Source: Pedosphaera sp. (GTDB lineage: Bacteria; Verrucomicrobiota; Verrucomicrobiia; Limisphaerales; SIBH01). Taken from it: 30,358 bases of DNA. The translations under genes were made by a program, and so were the position numbers. The stretch is taken from the NCBI GenBank assembly GCA_031414955.1, contig JANOQV010000039.1, positions 1 through 30,358 on the forward strand, read 5' to 3'. Positions 9,460-18,528 of this stretch are shown one piece after another. The notes beneath the pieces were generated by a model that had not been told where the DNA came from, searched no databases, and saw only the letters and a program-made list of their open reading frames with translations. Position 1 is the first letter of the stretch; the number at the start of each line of letters is the position of its first letter.

Positions 9460-9652
9460 AAATTTGGATTTGTTTGTCCGGCGAGGCTAAGGAAACGCCG
9501 CGCCGTGTCAACTGCCTGCCTGGGTGCGTGCGATTGGAAGTGGCGGTCAACTGGAATGCCTTAGGCAAACGCTCGCGCTGGCGGCGACGTTGATCGCGGG
9601 GGGTGCTCCTGCCGGCATGGGCTGCTCCAGATGGGCGTCGTGACCGTCATGG

Positions 9653-10750
9653 TCACCGACCCGGCGGGCGCGGCGCAGGCGCGATGGAGCCGCCGGGGAG
9701 GAAGGTTGAGGGGGTCATGGTCTGACGCAGGTCGGTTTTGCCGCGGCTGACGTTGGAGGCCCAGTTCAACACGCGGCGCACAAGCGGGCGGGTGTCCCAG
9801 GACATGCAGGCGATGGGCGGCACACAGCCGGCGAAGGCCACGTCGTCGTCGGTGCAGATGAGCGAAACATCGCCGGGCACGCGGAGACCGCGAGCGGCGA
9901 GGAATTGCAGCGTGGCGACGAACCACGGCATTTCATCGACGATGAGCGCGGTGGGCGGCGTGACGCGGAAGATCGCTTCGAGGCACTTTTGAAACCCGGC
10001 GTCGTATTCCTCCCAGTCGGGCAGGTTGTATTCGCCGGTCTTGATTCCGGCCGCTTTCAGTTCACCCAGAAAGGCGCGCTCGTTCAGGCCGGGCGTGGGG
10101 AGACGGCGCAGCCGGCGGCACAGGAGCGCGATGCGGCGGTGGCCGAGTTCCAGGAGGGCGCGGGTCGCGGCGGTGAAAGCGGGCACTTTGTTCGGACCAA
10201 AGCCGGCGATGCGCAAGCCCTGGCGCTGGCCAAAGAGGGCGAAGGCCGGCTCGGGCCGACGGGCGAACCATTCCAGCACTTCACGCGAGCCAGCCAGCAC
10301 CACCCAGGCGTCGGCCTTGGTTTCCCCAACCAGCCGCGTGAGTTTGCCGAGGTCGAAACGGAGTTCCGTGAGCGAGCGTTGGGCGTAGCAGACGGTGTGG
10401 CCGGCCTCGACGAGCGAATGGTGCAGGTTCACCATGTAATCGAGTTTTCGGTCGGCTTCGAGATCGAGCGCGAGGATGGCGACACGGAGGGCGCGGGAGG
10501 ATTTGCCGCCTTTCGGATTGATGCGGCGCCGCCGCCCGGCGCCCTGCGGGATGAGCAGGCCGTCCTTCTCCAACTGCCACAGCGCGGCTTCGATGGTCTT
10601 GTTGTTGAGGCCGAGTTCGGTGGCCAGTTCGTGCTTGCCTGGCAGCGTGCCACTCCAGCGCCCGCGCAGGATTTCCGCGCGCAGGTGCTCCGCGACCTGG
10701 TCGGTGACGGACAGAAAGGACGGATACGGCACGAGTGAAAGCTGGCCCAA
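9653..10750 (-). CDS. Transcriptional regulator: GntR-like wHTH plus LacI-type sugar-binding domain
   Basis: N-terminal QVAEHLRAEILRGRW.GTLPG..ELA..LG...TIE.AL..LEKDGLL; C-terminal LLELGHRRIA and GLRVPGDVSLI. Exact start uncertain. Confidence 0.85.
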   Translation of the reverse strand: MGQLSLVPYPSFLSVTDQVAEHLRAEILRGRWSGTLPGKHELATELGLNNKTIEAALWQLEKDGLLIPQGAGRRRRINPKGGKSSRALRVAILALDLEADRKLDYMVNLHHSLVEAGHTVCYAQRSLTELRFDLGKLTRLVGETKADAWVVLAGSREVLEWFARRPEPAFALFGQRQGLRIAGFGPNKVPAFTAATRALLELGHRRIALLCRRLRRLPTPGLNERAFLGELKAAGIKTGEYNLPDWEEYDAGFQKCLEAIFRVTPPTALIVDEMPWFVATLQFLAARGLRVPGDVSLICTDDDVAFAGCVPPIACMSWDTRPLVRRVLNWASNVSRGKTDLRQTMTPSTFLPGGSIAPAPRPPGR

Positions 10751-10818
10751 TTCCGGCCAGGTGGCAACGCCGCAAGTCGTTGCGCGAGGGTCGAGGGAAC
10801 TTACCCTCAGCCTGATAC

Positions 10819-13800
10819 ATGATCAAAGCCATGATTGCATTGAGCAAAAAGATTTTCGAGCGGGCTGGAATTCCCCTCACGCTCGCCCTGTGCGTCTTCC
10901 TCGGCCTGGCACTTGCCACGGCCTCGGCCGGCACCGTGTCCGTCAGTTCGAGCGCGCCGGCGGTGAACGGCCACGACATCGCCAACCTGACGACGCGCAA
11001 TGACAGCGACAAGTTTTGGGCCGAGAGCGGTACTGTGGCGGGCAGCGCGCACGGGCAGACCTTCCACACCGGCAGCGCGCCGACGTGGCTGCGCGCCGTC
11101 ACTTACCGGACGACGCCGGGCAACGAGGGCGACCCGACGAAGACTTACGTCGTTCGCCTCGGCAAAGTCACCGGCACGAGCTTCGCGCAGGTTCACACCG
11201 AGACGTTCACGCAAAGCATCCAGTGGGGGAGCGAGCAATACCTGACTTGGACGTTCACCGCGCCGGTGCTGCTCGACGGCGACACGACCTACGGCGTGGA
11301 CGTCGGCATGACCAGCAGCACCTCGACGTGGCAGACGGGCATTCCGTATCTCTCGGTCACGGCGGACAATTATCTCGGCGGACAGTTCTACACGTCGGGC
11401 GGGGCATCACCGGGCGTGGGCAACAACAGCCTGACCTTGAGCGCGACTTCGGACCGGCATTTCCATCTGAACATTGACGCGCCGACGGGCACGCCGCTCG
11501 CGTTCATCGCGGGCAATCCGCCGGACAACTCCACGAACGCGCTCGTGCGCGCGGAATTGATCGGCGCGTTCAATCAAACGCTCAGTCCGGGCGCGGGCCA
11601 CGTCATCATCCGCAACGTGACCGCCGGCACGGAAACCAATCTCGCCGTGGCGGACCCGCGCATCACGCTTTCGGCGAACCTGCTCAAGGTCGCCACGCCG
11701 GGCTTGATTGACTGGGGCCGGAGCTACGCCATTCGCATCGCGCCGGGCGCGGTGCTCGGCACGGGCGGGGTGGCCTTCGTCGGCATCACGAACAACACGA
11801 CGTGGAACTTCACCACTTCGATCGACGATCCGTTGCTCGCCGCCATCGCCGCGCTCAAGAGCCATCTCGTCGGCACCACGAACCTGACCACGAACCAGAT
11901 CGCCGCGCACAGCCGCACCATCGACAACGAGTCGCCGCGCTACGCCGCCAGCGCGACGAACATCGCCGCGCTGTTCAGCCTGATCTCGACCTACGACGCC
12001 GAGGTCGGCCCGCTCTGGATCGCCACGGGCGATCTGACGCGCGCGAACGAGGCGGACGACATGACGTGGACGATCTACCGTGCGATGCAGGCGATCCTGG
12101 ACAACATCTACAACGCGCCGACGCTCGCGCAGCACGAGGCGCTGTTGCGCGGATTCAAGTTCGGCAGCTCGGCGAATTTCCCCGGCAATTGCGCCACGCC
12201 GCCCACGAACCAGACCCGCACCGTGGCCATCAACGCGAGTTTCCCCGACAGCTTCGGCCGCAGCACGCAGGGCTGGACCGAGCCGGCGCGCAAGCCCACC
12301 GGCACGTATCTCGCGCCCGGCACCATCGCCACCGTCACGGTGCCGCCCGCGCTCGTGGGGCAGGGTTATCAGATTCGCGTGGGCGCGCATTCGTGGGACA
12401 TGTCGGGTCGGCCCTCGGTGCGGCGGCTCGACCGTTGCACGCTGCTTTACGACATCAATTCCACGAACACTAAGGTCGCCAGTCCGCTCGGCGGCGGCAT
12501 CTACATCGAGGTGCCCAAGGGCCGGAACGCGGGCGTGGTGAACGTGACAGTCACCGGCGCGGCGCGTTCGCCGTATTTCTCGGCGAAGAGTTTTCACCAG
12601 ACCACGCTGTCGGAATGGGTCAACACCGAGCGCACGCAGCCGGGGCCGTGGGCGGATTTTCAAACGGAGAAATACATGGTGCAGGTGCCGCGCAGTTGGA
12701 TTTACGCGCTGGCCGATCCGCTCACGGCGATGACGAACTGGGATGCCGCGATTGACGCCTGCAACGATCTGATGGGCTTCCCGCGCATCCGGGGCAAAGA
12801 ATCCATCTACGATCAAGTGGACGTGCTGCTGCGCGCCTCGGTCTATGCGCCGGGCTATCCGGCGGTCAACAGCAGCTACAATCCCGACACGACCTACAAC
12901 GGCAACTCGACGAGCTACCTCGTGCGCGGCCCGGCGAGCGCGCCGGACTACGAGTTCCACGAGCACGGCCACGGCTACTTCTTCCCGAAGTTCGCCGACG
13001 AGCAGGAGTCCACGGTGAACCTGCTGCACATCGCGGTGATGACGCAGAAGTTTGGCAAGACGTTTGACCAGGCGCTGCGTGAATCGAATGGCAACGGCTC
13101 GTTCTGCACGCTGCCGAACACGGCGGTGCTGTGGATGACGAGCTTCAACTTTTCGCCACGCGAGGTGCCGATGGCCGACTGGGAGAAGGCGTATCAGCCG
13201 CAGGGCCACGCCAAGTTTGCGGACATCGCGCGCCTCTACGGCTGGGGCGGGTTGAGCAACTTCTGGTACTACTACAACGCGAAGGACGATCTGGGGCAGA
13301 GCTATTCCACCAGCACGGACAGCATGATTCTTCAGCTCGCCCAGTCCGTGGGCCGCGACGTGCGGCCGATGCTGCACTTCTGGGGCATTCATCCGACCAG
13401 CCCGGCCACGTTGAGCAACTCCATCGCCGCCGCGCGCCTCAAGGCGCCGGTGGAATTCTACGACCGCATCGTCCAGTACCAGGGCCTCGTGCCTACGAAC
13501 AACGCCACCTACCGGAGCTGGTGCAGCAACTGGTATGGCACCGCGCCCACGATGGCGGGTTACGGCGTCGAGCGGGAGCACGCGCGGCAGTGGAGCACAA
13601 ACCTGCAAAACGGCACCGATACGCAGGTGCGTTTCCCGACGGAAATCTTTGACGAAGCCGCGTCCACGCAGGTCAAGGCGCGCACGCAGGAGATTCTCAA
13701 TCTCTATTACCCGAGCGGCCGGCCCACCGACTACGCCGCGTGGGATGCCGGATTCCCCGGCGTGAACCTGAGCGACCCCGACGCTGATTTCGACGGCGAC

Positions 13801-14109
13801 GGCGTGAGCAACGATCTGGAGCGCATCTGGGGACTCAACCCGACGAACGCCGCTTCCTCCAGTCCCTACACCGCCATCGCGTCGCTCAAGACGACCGGCC
13901 AGTTCACCTACACCCGGCGCACCACGACGCTCACCGGCCTGAGCTTCACCGTGTGGACCTCGACCAACCTCACCGCCTGGACGCGCGACACCGGCGCGAC
14001 GCAGACGATCACCTCGACCGTGAACAACGTGCAGACGGTTAGGGTGCAGTTGAGCGCCGCGCTGCTCGCCCAGCCAAAACTGTTCGTCCGCGTGCAGTCC
14101 GGGCCGTGA
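10819..14109 (+). CDS. Secreted multidomain M60-like (enhancin-type) zinc metallopeptidase
   Basis: Signal peptide, Ig-like segment (NPPDNSTN...FNQ...WNFTT), M60 N-domain (PTGTYLAPG, SPLGGGIYI), zinc motif HEHGH with a downstream ESTVN glutamate, and a DADFDGDGVSN acidic motif. Start is 10819 or 10831. Confidence 0.85.
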   Translation: MIKAMIALSKKIFERAGIPLTLALCVFLGLALATASAGTVSVSSSAPAVNGHDIANLTTRNDSDKFWAESGTVAGSAHGQTFHTGSAPTWLRAVTYRTTPGNEGDPTKTYVVRLGKVTGTSFAQVHTETFTQSIQWGSEQYLTWTFTAPVLLDGDTTYGVDVGMTSSTSTWQTGIPYLSVTADNYLGGQFYTSGGASPGVGNNSLTLSATSDRHFHLNIDAPTGTPLAFIAGNPPDNSTNALVRAELIGAFNQTLSPGAGHVIIRNVTAGTETNLAVADPRITLSANLLKVATPGLIDWGRSYAIRIAPGAVLGTGGVAFVGITNNTTWNFTTSIDDPLLAAIAALKSHLVGTTNLTTNQIAAHSRTIDNESPRYAASATNIAALFSLISTYDAEVGPLWIATGDLTRANEADDMTWTIYRAMQAILDNIYNAPTLAQHEALLRGFKFGSSANFPGNCATPPTNQTRTVAINASFPDSFGRSTQGWTEPARKPTGTYLAPGTIATVTVPPALVGQGYQIRVGAHSWDMSGRPSVRRLDRCTLLYDINSTNTKVASPLGGGIYIEVPKGRNAGVVNVTVTGAARSPYFSAKSFHQTTLSEWVNTERTQPGPWADFQTEKYMVQVPRSWIYALADPLTAMTNWDAAIDACNDLMGFPRIRGKESIYDQVDVLLRASVYAPGYPAVNSSYNPDTTYNGNSTSYLVRGPASAPDYEFHEHGHGYFFPKFADEQESTVNLLHIAVMTQKFGKTFDQALRESNGNGSFCTLPNTAVLWMTSFNFSPREVPMADWEKAYQPQGHAKFADIARLYGWGGLSNFWYYYNAKDDLGQSYSTSTDSMILQLAQSVGRDVRPMLHFWGIHPTSPATLSNSIAAARLKAPVEFYDRIVQYQGLVPTNNATYRSWCSNWYGTAPTMAGYGVEREHARQWSTNLQNGTDTQVRFPTEIFDEAASTQVKARTQEILNLYYPSGRPTDYAAWDAGFPGVNLSDPDADFDGDGVSNDLERIWGLNPTNAASSSPYTAIASLKTTGQFTYTRRTTTLTGLSFTVWTSTNLTAWTRDTGATQTITSTVNNVQTVRVQLSAALLAQPKLFVRVQSGP

Positions 14110-14127
14110 ACCGGCCCGTGCAAGACC

Positions 14128-14250
14128 ATGAAGACAACAAAACCGACCACTTGCTTCGTGGTCACCGGTGTTTTCGGAAGCGCCCCGGTCGCGTTCACCG
14201 ACACCAACGCCATCACCGGGCAACACTTCTACCGCATCCAGTCGCCGTGA
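14128..14250 (+). pseudogene. 40-aa ORF consisting mainly of an orphan C-terminal tail of a secreted protein
   Basis: Translates to MKTTKPTTCFVVTGVFGSAPVAFTDTNAITGQHFYRIQSP*, which resembles QDTNAAAFNARFYRI at the end of 19249..20310. Confidence 0.55.
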
Positions 14251-14353
14251 GCCGTGGTCAGGCAGTTGAAAGCAGGGCCGGCGATGGCAGAGCCGTCCAA
14301 GATCGATCAACACCCGGCGTGACGCGGGACTTTTCGTCCTTCAAACTCAGCCC

Positions 14354-15619
14354 ATGATTCCGCGCAAAACAATTTTGATCGTCGCCATCGCCGCTGTCAT
14401 GCGGTGCGCGGAGGCGGCGGACGATTTGCCAGCCCTCACCACCCGCGCCGAAGGCGGCGATGTCAAAGCCCAGTTGGACCTGGCCATTCGCTACCGCGAC
14501 GGGAAGGGCATCGCGAAGGATGAGGCTGCGGCCATGCAGTGGGCGCATCGCGCGGCGGAGAAGGGCAACGCGGAGGCGCTGGATTTCGTCGGTCACGCCT
14601 ATCTCCGTGGTGCCGTGGTGAAGCGAAGTCCCGAAATTGCCTTCGGCTATTTCAAAGCGGCGGCGGAGAAATCGGCGCAGGCGGCGTTCAATCTCGGCCA
14701 ATGCTACTTCGGCGCGCAAGGCACGGAGCAGGACATCCCCAAGGCGCTCGACTGGTGGAAAAAGGCGGCGGCGAAAGGCCACGGGCGCGCGGCTTCGACG
14801 GCGGCGATGGCGTTGCTTTCCGGCGAAGGCGTCGCGCCAGACGCCGTGGAAGCGCGACGACTGGCGGAGCGCGCGGCGGAGTTGAACGATCCCTCGGGCC
14901 TCGTCGTGCTGGGCGAAATGCAGTTCCAAGCCGGCGAACTCGACGCGGCGAAAGCGAACTGGACGAAGGCCGCGAAACTCCAACCCACCGGGCTAACCGG
15001 GCATCCGGCGCAACCGTCCGGCAACGCCTCCGCGCAGCAGGGCGCCGACCTTTTGAAGCTCATCGAGTATCGCCAGCGCAAGAGCGAGCCGGGCAAGTTC
15101 GCCTTCGTGCAGATGCCGCACATCCATCAGGGCTACAACAACTGCGGCTCCACCGCCTGCGCCACCTTCGCCCGCTTTCAGGGCGGCAAGATCGGCGGCT
15201 GGGATTTCAAAAAACTCTGCCCGTCTCCCCTCGGCACCGGCACCGACTGGGGCCACCTGCTCGATGCCGCGAAAAAAATCGGCCTGCAGTGGAAGCTCAT
15301 CACCTTCACGCCGGACGACGCGGGCTTCGACCAAGCCACCGCCTTTCTGAAAAGCGAACTCGATGCCGGCCGGCCCGTCGTCGTGGATTTCAAATACATC
15401 GGCCCGCAATACCCCGGTGGCAGCGCCGGCCACACGCTCAGCGTCTGCGGCTACCTCGCGGCGGAGAACCTCTACATCCTCTGCAATCCCGCCGTCGCCA
15501 CCCCCGGCCTCCAGCTCATCACCGCCGCCGACCTCCAGAACTTCTGGCGCTCCGATCACTACGGCGCACTCTCGAAGGGCGTGCTCTCCCGGCCCGCCTT
15601 CGTCATTGAAAATCCGTGA
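14354..15619 (+). CDS. Secreted Sel1-repeat protein fused to a C39-like cysteine peptidase domain
   Basis: Signal peptide; Sel1 repeats (AQLDLAIRYRDGKG, AAFNLGQCYFG, DAVEARRL); QGYNNCG (catalytic Cys), ELDAGRPVVV, GHTLSVCGY (His), YILCNP. Confidence 0.8.
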   Translation: MIPRKTILIVAIAAVMRCAEAADDLPALTTRAEGGDVKAQLDLAIRYRDGKGIAKDEAAAMQWAHRAAEKGNAEALDFVGHAYLRGAVVKRSPEIAFGYFKAAAEKSAQAAFNLGQCYFGAQGTEQDIPKALDWWKKAAAKGHGRAASTAAMALLSGEGVAPDAVEARRLAERAAELNDPSGLVVLGEMQFQAGELDAAKANWTKAAKLQPTGLTGHPAQPSGNASAQQGADLLKLIEYRQRKSEPGKFAFVQMPHIHQGYNNCGSTACATFARFQGGKIGGWDFKKLCPSPLGTGTDWGHLLDAAKKIGLQWKLITFTPDDAGFDQATAFLKSELDAGRPVVVDFKYIGPQYPGGSAGHTLSVCGYLAAENLYILCNPAVATPGLQLITAADLQNFWRSDHYGALSKGVLSRPAFVIENP

Positions 15620-15913
15620 TGCCTCAACTCAGATCGTTGCCAGCAAACAAACCACCACGCCACCAGTCCCGCGCCTGCGGGACCAGCGGCAGCGAACTCG
15701 GCCCCGGCGCGACAAAGAAAATTCCGGGCGTTGGTTTTAAACGCTCCTGACCGCCGCTCATCAAGATGGGTGCCGCGGTGAAGGCGCAAATTGATGCCTT
15801 CTTTGGCCACTGTCCCTGACGCAATGCAAAACAGTGCGGAGAGAGCGGTGGAGCATTTTCCATCTTGCAAGATGGAGTTAAATCTACCCGCCGAAGATCC
15901 GGTGCGGGCAGCA

Positions 15914-16645
15914 CTACGGCACACGCAGAATTTCCGGGCGGAGGCGGCCGACGAATTGGCCCGGCAGGCGTGAATCAAGCGAGTCAGGCGCGGGTGATTC
16001 AGCGGACACATGGCCGTCGCAAAAGATCACGTTGGCTTTTCGCCCGTGCCGGAAGTGAGCGGTGGCTTCGGTGGTGTTTGTGCTGATGTAGTAAAATTCC
16101 TCGAGCATCGGGTTCGAGGGCGACGCGGGCGGTTGGAAGGTGTTCACCTGTGCGGCATCCGCGAAGAGCACCGTCTCGGAGGGATGCGTCACGCTGGAAA
16201 TGCGGATGGGAGGACGATTGAGCGGCACGGAGAGGTGCAGGTTGTAGCCGTAGCCGTAGGCAGCCCCGCGCACTTTGAGTTTGAATTGCGCCTGCGAGTA
16301 ATTCAGCGACGGGCAAATTTCCACGCCGCGTCCCTGAAGGTAAGGGTAGAGCGCGCCTTGGGTGGCGTCGAAGGCGCGTTCTCCCTCGGCACCGTTTTCC
16401 AGCCAGCCAAACCAATAGGTTTTTCCGCTGGCGTCGTAGCCGTTGAGCCAGCGGAAGCATTGGTCCTCATGGTCGTCCCAATACATCTGCGCGGCGAGAC
16501 CGAGTTGGCGAAGGTTGTTCGTGCATTGGGCACGCTGCGCGGCGGTCTTCGCACGACCGAGGGCGGGCAGGAGCAACGCCGCGAGCACGGAGAGGATGGC
16601 GATGACGACGAGCAGTTCGATCAAGGTGAAGGCCCGGCGTTTCAT
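15914..16645 (-). CDS. Prepilin-type N-terminal cleavage/methylation protein with H-X9-DG motif (PVC DUF1559-like group)
   Basis: [40 protein letters not shown], and [17 protein letters not shown] at 16645 overlaps the upstream stop (ATGA). Confidence 0.9.
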   Translation of the reverse strand: MKRRAFTLIELLVVIAILSVLAALLLPALGRAKTAAQRAQCTNNLRQLGLAAQMYWDDHEDQCFRWLNGYDASGKTYWFGWLENGAEGERAFDATQGALYPYLQGRGVEICPSLNYSQAQFKLKVRGAAYGYGYNLHLSVPLNRPPIRISSVTHPSETVLFADAAQVNTFQPPASPSNPMLEEFYYISTNTTEATAHFRHGRKANVIFCDGHVSAESPAPDSLDSRLPGQFVGRLRPEILRVP

Positions 16646-17004
16646 GCGTGGCTCGCGAGCGAAGGCTTGGGATAGGGGCAATGACGACAGTTGTTCTCGC
16701 AACAGTAGCCACGCCGCCGGTGATAGCTGGCGGTGAAGACCACCAGGCCGGCGTCGAAATAGAAATCGCCGGGAAGAATTCTCTGCGCGGCGGTGCTGTT
16801 CGCTTTGGCGCGGTGGAATCGCATCACGCAGTCGCGGCAGATGCAGGTTCTGTTTCGCAATTCCGTCGGCACTTGAACGAGCAACGCCTCCGGGATTTCC
16901 ACCCGGGCACACCAGCACGGGCCTTTGTAGGGGTCGGGCGTGCAGAGCTGGCAGTCGTTCGCTTGGCCGCAGAGCGGGCAGGAGATGGCTTCAGGCGGGT
17001 TCAT
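16642..17004 (-). CDS. Cysteine-rich CWC domain fused to a DUF5522-like domain
   Basis: [10 protein letters not shown]...PCWC...CICRDC followed by DFYF...[27 protein letters not shown] at 17004. Confidence 0.8.
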   Translation of the reverse strand: MNPPEAISCPLCGQANDCQLCTPDPYKGPCWCARVEIPEALLVQVPTELRNRTCICRDCVMRFHRAKANSTAAQRILPGDFYFDAGLVVFTASYHRRRGYCCENNCRHCPYPKPSLASHA

Positions 17005-17989
17005 TTTGCCGATGGCGCAACTTCGGGTCGGTCGTGCCGGTCGCGGTGGAGCAATCGATTTGGACATACGCCTCCGCCGGGCCGCGCCACGCGAAGAGTT
17101 CGGGATGCAGCAAGTGCGCGAGGAGTGCCGTGCCGTCCACGACGCGTGGGCCGGGGCGATTGAAGTAGCCGCCGTCCACGGCGAAGACTTGGTTCTGCTG
17201 CACGGCGGGAAGTTCCGTCCAACCCGGTTGGTTCATGAGCCAGCCCGCTTGAGCTTGGGCCTCACGGGTCGCAAATCCGCAGGGCATGAGGATGAGAATC
17301 TCCGGTTCCGCCTCGCGCACCGACTCCCAACTCACGCGCACGGAGTCGGCCCACTTGCGGCCGAGCCGGTCCGTGCCGCCAGCGATCTCGACCATCTCCG
17401 GCACCCAATGTCCGGCGCAGAAAAGCGGGTCCATCCATTCGGCGCAGAACACTCGCGGACGGCGTGTTGTTTGCGCCACTCGCTCCGCAACATTTCGCAG
17501 CCGGTCTTGCCCGGCGGCGATGAGGCATTCGGCTTCGGTCGCGCGCCCGGTCGCCCGGCCGAGTGCGCGGAGGTCGCCCTCGATCTCCGCGATGGAGTGC
17601 GGCGACATCCAAAGCACTTGCGGCTGGTGCGGCAGGGCTTTCAGAGCACGGCTGACTTCGTTGCCCGCCGGGGCGCAGACCTGACAGAGATCCTGGGTGA
17701 GAATATGAGTGGGCGCGAGTTCGCGCAGGAGTTGTTCATCCACATGGTAGAGGCTTTCGCCGCGTCTCAGCGATTCGCTCACGGCGCGGTCAATCTCGCT
17801 GAGGCTGAGGTCGCTCACGGGAATGTTGCCGTGAACGACGAGCGGCTTGCCGCGAATTTCCGGCGGGAAATCGCAGCAGTGCGTGAGGCCCAGCAATTGA
17901 TCTCCGAGGCCCAGCGCGCAGGCCATCTCCGTCGCCGAAGGCAATAGAGAGACGAGGCGCAATTCGCCAGTCGCGGGAGTGGAACTCAT
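16991..17989 (-). CDS. BtuF-like cobalamin/iron-chelate binding protein, no signal peptide
   Basis: RLVSLLPSATE, THCCDFP, TQDLCQVC, GHWVPEMVEIAGG and FNRPGPRVVDG. Start ATG at 17989; the longer track ORF overlaps the upstream gene. Confidence 0.85.
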   Translation of the reverse strand: MSSTPATGELRLVSLLPSATEMACALGLGDQLLGLTHCCDFPPEIRGKPLVVHGNIPVSDLSLSEIDRAVSESLRRGESLYHVDEQLLRELAPTHILTQDLCQVCAPAGNEVSRALKALPHQPQVLWMSPHSIAEIEGDLRALGRATGRATEAECLIAAGQDRLRNVAERVAQTTRRPRVFCAEWMDPLFCAGHWVPEMVEIAGGTDRLGRKWADSVRVSWESVREAEPEILILMPCGFATREAQAQAGWLMNQPGWTELPAVQQNQVFAVDGGYFNRPGPRVVDGTALLAHLLHPELFAWRGPAEAYVQIDCSTATGTTDPKLRHRQNEPA

Positions 17990-17994
17990 GGCGT

Positions 17995-18528
17995 TCAGGC
18001 GGTGACGGGAACAAGGCGCGGCTCGCGCAACGACATGAACCGGCGTTGGGCCAGCGCCAGCCCGCCGAACAACCCGCTGGCGTAGAACAGGTCGCCGAGC
18101 AGGCCGTTGCGAAAGTAGGGCAGGCCGGCGACATAACATTCCAGCAGGCCGGCGGCATTCATGGGGTAGGTATCGAGGCAGGCCCACACGCTGAAGTTCG
18201 TCACGAGAAAGAACACGACGGAGCTGATCAGCGACGCGAGCGCAACGCGGCCCGCGCCGGGCCGGCGACGCAGCCAGAAGCCGAGGCACACGGTCAGCGC
18301 GAAGCAGCCATAGACAAACGGCATGAGCCGGTGGAGTCCGAGCACGAGGTCACCAAGGAACAGCGCCGCCAACGGCAGCACGAAGGCCGCGCGTTTACTG
18401 GCGAACTGCGCCCCGCCAAACAGGGCCATCGCGCCGATGGGGGTGAAGTTCCACGGATGGGGCAGCAGCCGCGCGACAGCGGCGGCGAGAATCATTCCGA
18501 CAAGGACGAGGTAACGCTGTTTGTTCAT
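17995..18528 (-). CDS. DUF6580-like small membrane protein, putative corrinoid transporter
   Basis: 177 aa with ~5-6 TM segments, RLLPHPWNFTPIGAMALFGGA, FFLVTNF.VW and CYVAGLPYFRN. ATG at 18528 overlaps the upstream TGA. Confidence 0.8.
   Translation of the reverse strand: MNKQRYLVLVGMILAAAVARLLPHPWNFTPIGAMALFGGAQFASKRAAFVLPLAALFLGDLVLGLHRLMPFVYGCFALTVCLGFWLRRRPGAGRVALASLISSVVFFLVTNFSVWACLDTYPMNAAGLLECYVAGLPYFRNGLLGDLFYASGLFGGLALAQRRFMSLREPRLVPVTA

Noticed and set aside
11407..14313. 968-aa minus-strand ORF
   Set aside because: Antisense shadow of the GC3-rich M60 gene; no motifs, Arg/Gly/Val-rich composition.
15620..15858. Possible gene remnant after the Sel1-C39 gene
   Set aside because: Short frames show no motif I can recognise; a BLASTX search would be needed.
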